The position numbers and the translations under genes were made by a program. Positions 1 to 10,309 of a stretch of DNA of 64,000 nucleotides are shown here, in pieces (within the stretch, counting starts at the first letter, position 1; each line of letters starts with the position of its first letter). The stretch is from Nitrospira sp. Lineage in GTDB: Bacteria; Nitrospirota; Nitrospiria; Nitrospirales; Nitrospiraceae. A model generated the notes under the pieces. That model was given only the letters and a program-made list of their open reading frames with translations, was not told the DNA's origin and searched no databases. The stretch is taken from assembly GCA_047150005.1 (NCBI GenBank), contig AP038806.1, positions 3,104,001 to 3,168,000 of the forward strand. The letters run 5' to 3'.

Positions 1-50
1 GATGTGTCGCGAGACGGAAGGGCTGCTATCGCGGCGTGAGGCACCCTCGT

Positions 51-3000
51 TCACAACGGTAGAAAGTATTGTAAGAGAGCCAGCGCGCCGAGTAGACTCG
101 CAGTCACGGCCGGTTGTTGAAATATGTTGTTAAAAGCGCCGCGCCTGATATTTCTGACTTCGTCAATCATCAATTGAAGCTGGTCTGCACGATGAGTCTG
201 GTCCTTTCCACGGCCCTTTTCAGAAATAAGAAGCTCATTCATCTCATGGATGGCAATAGTGCGAGCTTGTTCCGCAGCTCTTTTCAGCAAAAGCGCCGTT
301 GCCAGAATGAGGAGCGCATTGAGCGTGAGGACGACGATGAGTGGCACCGGAAAATCCCAGTTATCGAAGTATCGATTTCTTGCCGAGAGGACAACCACAA
401 AAACAATGAACGGATAGACAACCGTGCCTCCGATCACGCTGGTGCGGTCGGCGATGAACTGAATATCCAGCCATTGCGTTAACAACTGTGGTGGAACATT
501 GAGGTGTTTTGCGTGCTTCTTCAGTGCGCCCCAAGGCCACTTTGTTGGATGGGCAGTAATATGTTCAATCAGCGCAATGCAGCGCCGAACAAGATCAAAA
601 ACCCACAGACTCAGAAGCACGGAACAGACAATAGTGAGTATAAGTAGTCCTATATCCACCCTGCAGCTCACTGCTCCTCGACAAGGACGGAGCGGTGGCT
701 CAACCTGTAGAAAGAGTAAGGACCCAAAAATAAGATAGGCCAAAAAAAGTAGGCCGATACGGCAAAAGGCATAACAAGGTTGCCCTGATAGAAGGTACTT
801 CCTCCACGCAATCTTGGCGTTAACGGAAGGCTGGGGTGAAGGGATTGGTTTCGTGTTAACCCAGCGGTTCACCGAGCGCCACAACTTCATTTGAAACGGC
901 CATGATTTCAGCTGCCCTAATGCCTGGCGGTACGAAGGGGATAAACCTGCCATCCGACCCGCGCTTTTCGTACCAGCAGGAAGGCTCTTCTCAGTGCCTG
1001 TGAGATATTTCACTCTGATGGCGTCACGATTCAGGCGTAAGTCGCCTGCTCCTTTGACAAAGAAGCTCACGGCCAATGCGATGCCAATCAATCGAATAAC
1101 TTCGGTTGGCCAAATGCTCACAGAGTCGGTTACAGAGAAAGGTTCTGCCTCATTCTTATCCAACAGCAGTAAGTACCGAACAAGCCGAACCAGCAGATAA
1201 GGTGCTAGAACAGTGACGAACGCGACAAGTGCAACGCGAAAAGACCGCTGACCTTTCGCCCATGCCTGCACCTTTTTCAGCAGTGAATCGACTCGGACCC
1301 ACAGTGGGCGGACCACAAGGACTAGGACTAATCCCAATGAGAGAGTCAGCATTGCCGCGACATCCAAGAAGCCGAAACGGTGATTCTTAATGGTGATACC
1401 GAAGGCCTGCCCTCCCCAGGTCATGGCTCTGGGCGCGACATTGGGGCGATCGGGATTAATGGGGAGAGCCTGAACCGCCGTACAGGTCGGCTTGCGATCG
1501 ACACTGATGTCGACAGGTCCCCGCCGACCGATCTCATAGAGTTTTGGCGCCGTATCTCTTGAGAAGGTCTTCGTACTATCCTTGAGCATCAAACACCCGT
1601 TACCATCTTTATCTTGCAACCAGCCGACAGCCTGGAGCGTGCTCAAATAGAGCGCAGTTTGGTATCCATCACGAAATGGAGCAATGCTGACATGCAATTG
1701 CTGACTCCACTGGTTACTGAGTTGAACGTCATAGTGTGACGCAACCAAGAGATTGCGAGTCCATTCAAATTCGCTTTCATGCCACAGTCGAGCATCGAGA
1801 TCCGTCGTAAAGAAGATGGCATTGGGTAGCCGCCTGCGGAGTGCCTGTAGCAACAACAGCTTGTCATACACGTCTGAACCGAGGATGCCGATGGCCCTAA
1901 ACGTCGACTTCCCCTCTTGAAAGTTGAGGTCATTGTCGGATTTAATTCTGTCGGCTAGACGTATCGCATAATCGAACTGGCTGGAACCTTCGGGACGTTC
2001 CTTTGTGCCGTTCTTGTAATTTGGCGATGAGGCATCTCTCCGGCCCGCCTGGAGCTCTTGGGATTGTTTCTTTTCCTTGCGCTCATCCCCCAGAACTTCG
2101 CCATCGAGTCCATTGAGATATGTGTAGGTGACGACTGAGCATGGCCAGTTGTGGGGACCATTTTGTATGTGTGTGAATGCAGCCTCAAAATCGCGTGCAT
2201 ACCCCTTTCTGACGGAGAGAGAGGCCGCAAAAGTCGCCGGCAATACTCTCCCATATAAGGTATCTGCCTCGGAGATGAGCGCGATGGTGTCCATAGACCG
2301 TGTGCATTCAGCTGGAGCGTAAGAACTGTCCGGGTTAAGTCCAACAAAGTCTCGATTTGCCAGCTCAGCAAGCAGTGCATCTGCGAGGACATGATCTGAG
2401 CCGACGGTACGTATGAAAGTCATGCCTCGTTTTTTGAGCGAGGCGTCGGGCGTCGTGAGTTGCTGCAATTCTTGGCAGCGAAGCGATGCCTGGCCCAACG
2501 ATTCAAAATGAAAGATGCGCGGATGGGTAGTCGCACGATATGAGAACAGTGTCATCCCATTGAGAGCGCTCCATTCCAGATCTGGATCACACGCTGCTTG
2601 TTCGTGCATCCCAAAAAGAGTCGTGGTAGTTCTTGGACCGATGAGTTTGAGGTTGAGGTTGGCCGGATCGAGCCCTTGACGAATTGCTCGCTGAACTTGG
2701 ATCATCGTTGCAAAATCGGATTCCGGCACCCAAACGACGAGCACATTTTCAACGGAGTCGTGATTCCTGCCTGTATGCACATTCCGATACAGTTCATAGG
2801 GTACGAGTGTCATGCCCGCGACAAAATAGCCAATGGTCGTGCTGTCGTCGGGAGTGAACCCGGCGGTATTTAGCGCAACGCTAACTGTGTATCGGACGCG
2901 CAGCCGCTGTTCGGCGTCTTCGGCGTTCGGACTCCTCTCTAGCATCACAAGGAGCACCGTAGCCTTTTCTACACCAAAATGGCCTGGCCGTACGCGTATC

Positions 3001-3257
3001 CTGTCTTCCAATTCTTGAAGCGCCCAGGGGTCTTCTATCTTCTCCAAGCGCTTCGTGTGCTCCTCGATCACCGCAAAAGGATCCTGCCACAAACGTGCGG
3101 GTACTCGTGCCTGTAATGAATCCGGCGGCAACGTGGGGCCCTGATCCGGTCGACTGCTCTTCAACGGTGATTGACTGAGCCATATCCCCCCGAGCGCGAG
3201 CATGACCGCGATGAGACTTGCTATTGGAAGCTGGGAATGTTCTTTTTCAGCCGGCAT
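51..3257 (-). CDS. Large uncharacterised membrane protein (1068 aa): N-terminal anchor, ~600-aa extracytoplasmic alpha/beta region, multi-TM C-terminal region
   Basis: Long ORF. Hydrophobic N-terminal segment (LPIASLIAVMLALGGIWL). Central region has periplasmic-binding-protein-like segments (IALISEADTLYG, AIGILGSDVYDKLLLLQALR, FFTTDLDARL). Many hydrophobic helices lie in the last ~450 aa. Confidence 0.8.
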   Translation of the reverse strand: MPAEKEHSQLPIASLIAVMLALGGIWLSQSPLKSSRPDQGPTLPPDSLQARVPARLWQDPFAVIEEHTKRLEKIEDPWALQELEDRIRVRPGHFGVEKATVLLVMLERSPNAEDAEQRLRVRYTVSVALNTAGFTPDDSTTIGYFVAGMTLVPYELYRNVHTGRNHDSVENVLVVWVPESDFATMIQVQRAIRQGLDPANLNLKLIGPRTTTTLFGMHEQAACDPDLEWSALNGMTLFSYRATTHPRIFHFESLGQASLRCQELQQLTTPDASLKKRGMTFIRTVGSDHVLADALLAELANRDFVGLNPDSSYAPAECTRSMDTIALISEADTLYGRVLPATFAASLSVRKGYARDFEAAFTHIQNGPHNWPCSVVTYTYLNGLDGEVLGDERKEKKQSQELQAGRRDASSPNYKNGTKERPEGSSQFDYAIRLADRIKSDNDLNFQEGKSTFRAIGILGSDVYDKLLLLQALRRRLPNAIFFTTDLDARLWHESEFEWTRNLLVASHYDVQLSNQWSQQLHVSIAPFRDGYQTALYLSTLQAVGWLQDKDGNGCLMLKDSTKTFSRDTAPKLYEIGRRGPVDISVDRKPTCTAVQALPINPDRPNVAPRAMTWGGQAFGITIKNHRFGFLDVAAMLTLSLGLVLVLVVRPLWVRVDSLLKKVQAWAKGQRSFRVALVAFVTVLAPYLLVRLVRYLLLLDKNEAEPFSVTDSVSIWPTEVIRLIGIALAVSFFVKGAGDLRLNRDAIRVKYLTGTEKSLPAGTKSAGRMAGLSPSYRQALGQLKSWPFQMKLWRSVNRWVNTKPIPSPQPSVNAKIAWRKYLLSGQPCYAFCRIGLLFLAYLIFGSLLFLQVEPPLRPCRGAVSCRVDIGLLILTIVCSVLLSLWVFDLVRRCIALIEHITAHPTKWPWGALKKHAKHLNVPPQLLTQWLDIQFIADRTSVIGGTVVYPFIVFVVVLSARNRYFDNWDFPVPLIVVLTLNALLILATALLLKRAAEQARTIAIHEMNELLISEKGRGKDQTHRADQLQLMIDEVRNIRRGAFNNIFQQPAVTASLLGALALLQYFLPL

Positions 3258-3300
3258 AACGGCGTCTAAAATGGTCGGTGCGTAGCGCGAGCTTTGAACG

Positions 3301-3507
3301 CTACAAAGCGCAATCGTTTACAGTGGTGAATCCGGCGGCCATCTTTCTTAGGCGCCCTAGTATTCGCGATCGACACTCCTCACCGATCGCGTCGTCCCAC
3401 TTGGCGTCGCAAACGCCTGTTTCTTGAGCCAAGACGCCGGGAACGCTGATGGCGATGAATGAAGGTGCAAACGACGCTAGTACTGTGAGCCAGATGCGCA
3501 GGCGCAT
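3301..3507 (-). CDS. Small putative secreted protein (68 aa)
   Basis: AGGAG RBS 6 nt before the ATG. Signal-peptide-like N-terminus ending VLA-QE. Three Cys. Ends 43 bp upstream of the 1068-aa gene on the same strand. Confidence 0.5.
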   Translation of the reverse strand: MRLRIWLTVLASFAPSFIAISVPGVLAQETGVCDAKWDDAIGEECRSRILGRLRKMAAGFTTVNDCAL

Positions 3508-3932
3508 TGAAGCTCCTACGTGAATCGGACTAAGTACACTCCTCTCATAGCAGCAAACATTGAGCCATAGTGGTGTATCGTTATTTCCGCCAAACAGGCA
3601 GGTTGACAGTGTGGTGCTGAATCTATTTTGTCTGCAACAGGATCATATTGGATTCACTCTTCACGCCCTGCGGAAGGAGAAAGATTCACGGGCGACCTTT
3701 GCCATTTGTCTCTGGATCTCTCTGCTGGATCTCTCTGAATAGCAGACCGCGTCTAGAACGACCTCAATAGTTCTTTTCACGATCATCTCCGCAACCACAT
3801 TCCCCTCAGTCAACAGCGCGTGGCATCAAAGTTGATGAGTGCTTCTCATGGTTTTGGGGAGAAGCACGCAGCATAGGTTTGTTCATTCGCCTGCCGTTTA
3901 GAAAATCGCTGCTGAAACGGGAAGGAGGACGT

Positions 3933-5870
3933 ATGCCGGTCGTCAATTTTGCAAGAGCCAGGAACGCCCGTGATTTTCGGACCTTCGATGTACGGACGGA
4001 CGATACCGATGGGCGCGACTACATCTTCGAACCGAGCCTCACATTGCTCCCCCCGGAAAAGCGTCCCCTGCGGGGAATCCCCGTGCTGGATCAAGGAGAA
4101 GAAGGAGCCTGCGTAGGCTTCGCGCTGGCCACCGTGATCAATGTCAGCATGCGCCAACGATTGCAGCACGGCCAAAAATTCGACCCGGTGAGCGCACGGA
4201 TGCTCTATGAAATCGCCAAACGCTACGATGAGTGGAAAGGCGAGCATTACGATGGAACCAGTCTGCGCGGCGCGATGAAAGGATGGCACCATCACGGTGT
4301 CGCTTCCGAGGGAGCCTGGACCTCAAAGGGGAGATACAACCAAAGGAAGGGCCTCTGGATTGTCGATCGTGCCTTCACGATCGAGCGGGAGGAAGAGGCC
4401 AAGAAGCGTCCGATCGGGGCGTATTATCGAGTGATCGACAGCGATGTGGGCCACTTGCAAGCCGCGATCTTGGAAGGCGATGCCGTCTTGGCATCGGCTT
4501 GGGTCCACGATGGGTGGGATGCGCGGATTCTCGCAAAGTCGAAGGGAAGAGGATATCCGGCCATTCCGTTCAACAGACGTGCGAGGGGCTTGCATGCCTT
4601 CGCGATCGTGGGATACAGGGCCGATGGATTCATCATCCAGAATTCATGGGGAAGCAAATGGGGGAAGAGCGGGTTGGCGCTCTTGCACTATGACGACTGG
4701 ATGGAGCATCGGCAGGATGCGTGGGTCGCCAGGCCCGGCCCTGAGACACTCGACCACAACAAGAAGCCGACCATCTTCGTCGTCGCATTCAGCGGCATGC
4801 CTGCGACTCCAGGCAAAGATGCGAGTGTCAGAAGTTCAGGCAATGGATTGGATCTGAAGAACCCTGATGTGCTGTCGTACATGATCAACACGGATGACAG
4901 AGGAGCGCTGTCGGACAGCGGCGCGCTCACGACAAGTCCATTGCAATTGCCGGCCATGGCCGCCAAGGTCCTCTCCTCACCGGTATTATCTGACGGCTAT
5001 CACCATGTGATGTTGTACGCCCATGGTGGTTTGAATTCAGAAACGGACGCCGCCGGTGTGGCGGATCGATTGTGGGGCCTGGCGCAAGGTCAGGGCTTGT
5101 GCCCGTTCTTCTTTGTGTGGGAGAGCAGTTGGGATGAATCTCTGTTGGGGTATTTCAAGAGTGAGGACGATCAAAGAGGACCGGCTGGATTCAGCCTGAG
5201 CGATGCCTGGGACAAGTTCAAAGACAAACTCGGGAAGGCCGTTGAAGGCGGGCAAAGATGGATAGGAGAACAATTGGCGCCCACTGTCCGCACGGCGTTC
5301 TGGAATGAAATGAAGGGACGGTGCCAGGGAGCGTCACGCCCGAAAGGCGGTGCGGCACTGTTCTTAAATGAGTTATATGCGGCGATAGGGACGACCCCGA
5401 ACGAAAAGTACAAGATTCATTTGGTCGGGCATAGTGCGGGATCGATCTTTCATGGATTCTTGTACGAGCAAGCGCTGGAACCCGCGCTGCACAATCTGCC
5501 TAACGCAGAGTTGACATCGATTCACTTCCTTGCCCCCGCGATCACGGTAGATCGAGCCACGCAAGTGTTCAATTCAGGCGGGACAGCCGTTCCCCAAGCG
5601 CGATTTTTTGTCTATACGTTGTCCCCTCAAGCGGAAGAGTCGGACAGCATCACGATTTACCCCAGTTCCCTCCTGACCTATGTTGCGGACTGCTTGGAAA
5701 ACAGACAGTGGCGTGTCCCCGTGCTCGGCATCAGAAAGGATTTTCTCGCTGCTCCGGTGACGTTTGCGGTCGACGTTCCTGCGACGGAGTCGCATCGGCA
5801 TGGCGAATTTACCGATGCGGGTCATGAGACAGATGAGGTCATTGAAGCAATCGGGACACGTTTGTATTGA
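3933..5870 (+). CDS. Papain-like C1 cysteine peptidase fused to a C-terminal alpha/beta-hydrolase domain
   Basis: C1 motifs DQGEEGACVGFA (Gln/Cys), GLHAFAIVGY (His) and IQNSWG (Asn). Hydrolase motifs YAHGG and LVGHSAGS. Start moved to ATG 3933, which follows AGGAGG. Confidence 0.88.
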   Translation: MPVVNFARARNARDFRTFDVRTDDTDGRDYIFEPSLTLLPPEKRPLRGIPVLDQGEEGACVGFALATVINVSMRQRLQHGQKFDPVSARMLYEIAKRYDEWKGEHYDGTSLRGAMKGWHHHGVASEGAWTSKGRYNQRKGLWIVDRAFTIEREEEAKKRPIGAYYRVIDSDVGHLQAAILEGDAVLASAWVHDGWDARILAKSKGRGYPAIPFNRRARGLHAFAIVGYRADGFIIQNSWGSKWGKSGLALLHYDDWMEHRQDAWVARPGPETLDHNKKPTIFVVAFSGMPATPGKDASVRSSGNGLDLKNPDVLSYMINTDDRGALSDSGALTTSPLQLPAMAAKVLSSPVLSDGYHHVMLYAHGGLNSETDAAGVADRLWGLAQGQGLCPFFFVWESSWDESLLGYFKSEDDQRGPAGFSLSDAWDKFKDKLGKAVEGGQRWIGEQLAPTVRTAFWNEMKGRCQGASRPKGGAALFLNELYAAIGTTPNEKYKIHLVGHSAGSIFHGFLYEQALEPALHNLPNAELTSIHFLAPAITVDRATQVFNSGGTAVPQARFFVYTLSPQAEESDSITIYPSSLLTYVADCLENRQWRVPVLGIRKDFLAAPVTFAVDVPATESHRHGEFTDAGHETDEVIEAIGTRLY

Positions 5871-7010
5871 CCATGCGATATGCTGTTTAAACCCTGAACA
5901 CGGAAGTTAAAGTCCGCGACGGCCAACACCTCTGCTGCTGTAAGGCAGCATCCTGGGAAGAAGGTTGAAGAGATTTATCCGGCGACGTCCATCGTGATAC
6001 ATCGATGAAGAGGCACCGGGACGAGCCCTGGGATTACGAATTCACCTGGCCGTACATGGTCTACACGTCTCGTTTGTCAGATGCTTCACGCGGGAATGGA
6101 ATCAGTTGAGAGATGGGCGACGAAAATCTTTGTTGCTCTGAAAGTGAGATCAGCCTATGCGTGTGATCTCAAGTGCCAGGGGAGCAGGATACGTCGAAGC
6201 AGCGGCCTGCTCTGGTTAAGAGTTATTTCGGAAGGGGACCAACGTCAAAACCAGAACTTCTCCCTTTGCTCGTGTCTCGTTGACTGGGAAGCTTACAGGC
6301 AGCCTACTCATTGTTTGACATCATCTACCCAGCAGAAAGGGCACCAGTCCGTCTTGAGCCAATTCAGGCACCCGCTGTCTAGATGTTTCTGAGACTTCAA
6401 CCACAAGAATCACGGACTTCTTATCCTGTGAGGGTAGAATTGCCTTCAGGGTAGTGTCGATTGATTGAGGGTTTACTAGGTTGGTCTCGATTAATTGAGG
6501 GCTCTGTTCCGTGCTTGGATTTGATGCAGGTTTGTTGGCCTTCTTATCATCGTGGTTGGGTTTAGATTTTGTACCGCCCTTGCTGGGCTGATTCCGTACT
6601 TCAGCTCCCGCACTTAGGGATTTGTCAGGCTTGGCAAAGCCGATCCGCATTCCTAGCTCAAGTCCCTCCGCGTAGTCAATCCTGACCGAAACGGGGACAA
6701 GTACTAAACCTGATGTTGGTGGAGCGAATGGTTTGGCGACTGAGTTTTTCGTGGAAATAGGTTTGTCTTTTTCAATGGACTGGAGGGTGTATCTGCCCAA
6801 GACCGGTGAAACGGTTGGAAAAAAGGTGGGGACTCGTTCGGGAAGATAGTCGAGTGTGAGCTGCACATGTTCTTGATCGAGGCGCAATCCTGACGGTAGA
6901 TCACTTTTCGCGACTACATACCATTGAAGGTGGTTGGAATTAGAGCTCCTATGATCGCTGGCTTTCCATAAATTGAACAAAAGAGCACAGAAGAGAGATA
7001 GGGCTATAAA

Positions 7011-8161
7011 ACTGTGGAAGCTAGAACTTAATCTGACAGTCAGCTAGAGTCCTCCCTCTTCACGAAAGGAGCGAGGACCATGACGACGGAACAAAAGATC
7101 ATTAAGACGAAAGTCGGCGTGCTGGAACTGGCGAAGCAGCTCGGCAATGTCTCCAAAGCCTGCCAGCTGATGGGGTATAGCCGCGATAGTTTCTATCGAT
7201 TCAAGGAATTCTACGAGACCGGCGGCGAGGCCGCGCTTCAAGAGATTTCGCGGCAGAAGCCGCTCCTCAAGAATCGGGTGGCACCCGAGGTGGAACAGGC
7301 CATCGTGCAGATCGCTATTGAGCAACCCGCGTGGGGACAAGCCCGCGTGGCGAATGAACTGCGCAAGCAGGCGCTGTCCATCTCCCCAGCGGGCGTGCGC
7401 TGTATCTGGCTCCGCCATGATCTCGCAACGATGCGGAAACGCTTAAAGGCACTGGAAGCGAAGGTAGCCCAAGCGGGACTGGTGCTTACCGAGGCCCAAG
7501 TCGTGGCGCTGGAGAAGGCGACGGCGGACAAAGAGGCCCACGGCGAATTTGAGAGCGAATGTCCCGGCTACTGCGGCGCGCAGGATACGTTCTACGTCGG
7601 CACCTTGAAGGGCGTCGGCCGCATCTACCAGCAAACCTTCATCGATACCTACAGCAAGGTGGGATTTGCGAAGCTGTACGACCGCAAGACGCCGGTGACG
7701 GCCGCGGAATTGCTCAATGATCGGGTCTTGCCGTTCTTCGAGCAGCATGCCATTCCGCTGAACCGTGTGCTCACGGATCGCGGCACGGAATACTGTGGAA
7801 CTCCGGAGCGCCATGAGTACGAACTCTATCTGGCCGTGGAGAACATCGATCATACGCGCACCAAGACGCGGCATCCCCAGACCAACGGGATCTGTGAACG
7901 GTTCCACAAGACCATGTTGAACGAGTTTTACCGCGTGGCGCTCCGCAAGAAGATCTATCGAACGCTGGAGGACCTCCAGGCTGACTTGGATGCGTGGATC
8001 CAGGAGTACAACGAGCAGCGCCCCCACCAAGGGCGCTGGTGCTATGGCAAGACACCGATGCAGACGTTTCTCGATAGTGTGCCACTGGCCAAGGAGAAAA
8101 TGTTAGCGGCCTAAACCCGGTGAGGACTCGCTGTCTGTCAGATGAAGTCGTGAGTTATACA
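7011..8161 (+). mobile_element. IS481-family insertion sequence
   Basis: Imperfect terminal inverted repeats: left TGTggaagctagaacttaATCTGACAGtcagctaGAGTCCTC from 7013; reverse complement of right end TGTataactcacgacttcATCTGACAGacagcGAGTCCTC, ending at 8161. Flanked by the 6-bp direct repeat TATAAA at 7005-7010 and 8162-8167. Confidence 0.93.
7080..8114 (+). CDS. IS481-family DDE transposase (344 aa)
   Basis: N-terminal HTH ([20 protein letters not shown]). Integrase-core DDE motifs QDTFY, TDRGTEY and [10 protein letters not shown]. Confidence 0.95.
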   Translation: MTTEQKIIKTKVGVLELAKQLGNVSKACQLMGYSRDSFYRFKEFYETGGEAALQEISRQKPLLKNRVAPEVEQAIVQIAIEQPAWGQARVANELRKQALSISPAGVRCIWLRHDLATMRKRLKALEAKVAQAGLVLTEAQVVALEKATADKEAHGEFESECPGYCGAQDTFYVGTLKGVGRIYQQTFIDTYSKVGFAKLYDRKTPVTAAELLNDRVLPFFEQHAIPLNRVLTDRGTEYCGTPERHEYELYLAVENIDHTRTKTRHPQTNGICERFHKTMLNEFYRVALRKKIYRTLEDLQADLDAWIQEYNEQRPHQGRWCYGKTPMQTFLDSVPLAKEKMLAA

Positions 8162-8193
8162 TATAAACAGATTTCTCATGTCTCTGGACATTA

Positions 8194-9453
8194 TCATTTG
8201 CTCCCCCTACGGAGCTTTGACAGAATCGTTGTCCAGAATGATTGTCCTTTGGTATTGGACTCAGTTCGGTGCTGTTCGTCGCACTGATTGTTGGTCTCCT
8301 TGACTAATTCAGCGTGGGTATTGATCTGACCATAAGCTAGAAGGCGACTGAGGTTCTTCCACTTTGCAGCTTCGTTTGGTTGTCTTACAATAAGGTGTTC
8401 GGCCAATTTGCCTCTAAATAAGTCGAAGCTAGCCCTTACTAAGTCGCCATACTGTATTGTGACTAGAACTCCCAGCCTATAATAGACTGCATAGCTAATG
8501 ATCAGTGCGATTGCCATGAGCATCGCCCAAAACTGTAAATTGAACCAGAGCCATGGTCCGCCTGTAATGGCCGCTACTGCGTATAGTACGCCAAGGGTCG
8601 CCATTACTAGACAGAAGTCCAAAATTATCTTCGTTTCTGACAGTTTTTTTGCGAATGCTTCAGGGATGAAGTATTGCAAATGAGGCCACATCACAGTTCC
8701 CTCAATGCCATAACGAAGAAACGGATATGCATAGTATGCTTCAACGACATTACCCAACCTCGTGCCACGGATAGATTCCCTGGGGCCAAAATCACGATCT
8801 AGCTGAAATCTCATGTTGATGATCTCGGCTTCCTCTTCTTTAGCTTTACGCTCGAGGAATTGCATGGTGTCAGCGTAAAGTCTTTCTAGCCTCCCATCCA
8901 CCTTGCTGCCCTTGAACGCAAGGATGATTGAAGACGTTAGCACTTCCTCCGCGATGCTCGGGTCAGCTGCCTTGCGAAGCTTAGCCATGTGTTCCTGAAG
9001 TTCCGCGTACGACTCCGTTGACATGGTATTGGAGGATTTATTCCAAACGGCCTGTAAATTCTTCACGAAAGACCCGATAACAGGCTGCCATTGAGCGAGC
9101 CGATGCGCTTGGGCAAACTTATAATCAAAACTGTTTCTGCTTCGCCACTCACCAAGCATGATGAGAGGAGTGAAAGGACCCTTTACCAAGCCGCTCCACA
9201 TTCGAAAAATTGCGACACGTAGTCCGCTGACAATGTAGGCAAAGACGATCGTCCCAGTGAACGCGACTATCGTCACAACGATCTTCTGAGTTTGTGTCCA
9301 ACCATCGACCCAAGCTAGAGATCCCTCGAACCCTACTACTCCGCCGAGCGTAGCTACAAGACATGCAATAAAGACAATGGTTGGCAGGAGAGAAGCAAAC
9401 AGGTAGTCCTTATCAAGCAACCCCTTAATTTCGCCAAACAGTGCTTGAATCAT
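8194..9453 (-). CDS. Uncharacterised membrane protein (419 aa, about four TM helices)
   Basis: Two N-terminal and two C-terminal hydrophobic helices around a soluble domain containing GTRLGNVVEAYYAYPFLRYG...MWPHL. Starts 5 bp after the upstream stop. Confidence 0.8.
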   Translation of the reverse strand: MIQALFGEIKGLLDKDYLFASLLPTIVFIACLVATLGGVVGFEGSLAWVDGWTQTQKIVVTIVAFTGTIVFAYIVSGLRVAIFRMWSGLVKGPFTPLIMLGEWRSRNSFDYKFAQAHRLAQWQPVIGSFVKNLQAVWNKSSNTMSTESYAELQEHMAKLRKAADPSIAEEVLTSSIILAFKGSKVDGRLERLYADTMQFLERKAKEEEAEIINMRFQLDRDFGPRESIRGTRLGNVVEAYYAYPFLRYGIEGTVMWPHLQYFIPEAFAKKLSETKIILDFCLVMATLGVLYAVAAITGGPWLWFNLQFWAMLMAIALIISYAVYYRLGVLVTIQYGDLVRASFDLFRGKLAEHLIVRQPNEAAKWKNLSRLLAYGQINTHAELVKETNNQCDEQHRTESNTKGQSFWTTILSKLRRGSK

Positions 9454-9458
9454 ATAGT

Positions 9459-9959
9459 CTACTCAGGTACAGGGTACGGACACACACGGCAATAGGTTCT
9501 AGGTTCGTTATTCGGGTGAGAACCATCAGGATTCGTACAGTAGTAAACGTGAGGGGGGGTATGAATTTCACTAATTAGCTCTTTCGGTAGGACAAAACCA
9601 GCCAACCTTCCTCCTTCAACGACTTGGACGATAAGGTGTCGGTAAGCTTGTAGGTTGTCACTGTGCTCTCCGGCCGCGACAACTTGTTTTGCAACTGGAA
9701 TCATAGAGAGATCAACGCTTGGGTTTCTGATTAAGTCGATGACGGCCTGTTGCTCAAGGCCTTTCCAGCTTCCCGTTTCGACTAGGTTGGTAATTATTTG
9801 ATTTGCCGAAATATACCCTTGTGCCTTGCCTGATTCGGTAAGAATAAACCCGCTTGTTTCTCCGGAGATCTTGGACAGGACATCGGTCAAAGGTGTTGTC
9901 CCCTCGATAGTTCGAGATTGTCTTACAGGAAGGAACCCCTCATCGTCACAAATGTTCAT
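9459..9959 (-). CDS. CBS-pair-like protein with C-terminal Cys/His Zn-ribbon
   Basis: Start at ATG 9959 after GAAGGAGGG. CBS-like segments (TPLTDVL...FILTESGKAQGYIS; QVVEGGRLAGFV). Ends YYCTNPDGSH...YCRVCPYP. Confidence 0.65.
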   Translation of the reverse strand: MNICDDEGFLPVRQSRTIEGTTPLTDVLSKISGETSGFILTESGKAQGYISANQIITNLVETGSWKGLEQQAVIDLIRNPSVDLSMIPVAKQVVAAGEHSDNLQAYRHLIVQVVEGGRLAGFVLPKELISEIHTPPHVYYCTNPDGSHPNNEPRTYCRVCPYPVPE

Positions 9960-10136
9960 GGTTGCTCTCCCTCCTTCATTCTTCCACGAGATAACCACTA
10001 GTTCCGCTCTTCTCCAAGCCGCCTTCTTGGCCAGGCTTTGCCGCGAAGATGGATGCAATGCGACGAATGCTAAGGATCTCCGGAACCATCCTCGCTCAAT
10101 GGGATCCATGCTTTCTCAAAATGCAAGGTGCAGTCC

Positions 10137-10289
10137 TCAGTCGAACCCGAGTTTGACAGTGTCAGCCCATATGATGTGGTCCACGAGCTTGTTGTCCAGG
10201 GAGTTTTGAACTTTGATTCTCTCCAGAATCTCTTTGAGTAGGGCATCTGTATCGTTGCTCCTTGTCACCTCATCCCAAATCCGTGGCAT
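10137..10289 (-). CDS. Small ORF (50 aa) absent from the supplied ORF track
   Basis: GGAGGT RBS 4 nt before ATG 10289, 20 bp after the upstream stop. Translates as MPRIWDEVTRSNDTDALLKEILERIKVQNSLDNKLVDHIIWADTVKLGFD. Confidence 0.55.
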   Translation of the reverse strand: MPRIWDEVTRSNDTDALLKEILERIKVQNSLDNKLVDHIIWADTVKLGFD

Positions 10290-10309
10290 TGTTACCTCCC
10301 TCTACTCCT

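Larger units (their letters stand above)
6321..8179 (-). pseudogene. SAF-domain-like membrane-anchored protein gene interrupted by the IS481 element
   Basis: Removing 7011-8161 plus one TATAAA copy joins ATG 8179 (MRNLFI) in frame to ALSLFCALLFNLWKAS... of ORF 6321-6980. YVVAKSDLPSGLRL...LGRYTLQSIEKDKPI resembles a SAF beta-clip. Confidence 0.8.

Noticed and set aside
5871..6320. Possible ncRNA or ORF in the 450-bp gap with small hairpins
   Set aside because: The hairpins are short, no RNA family is recognisable, and ORF 6081-6392 lacks a convincing RBS or protein-like sequence.
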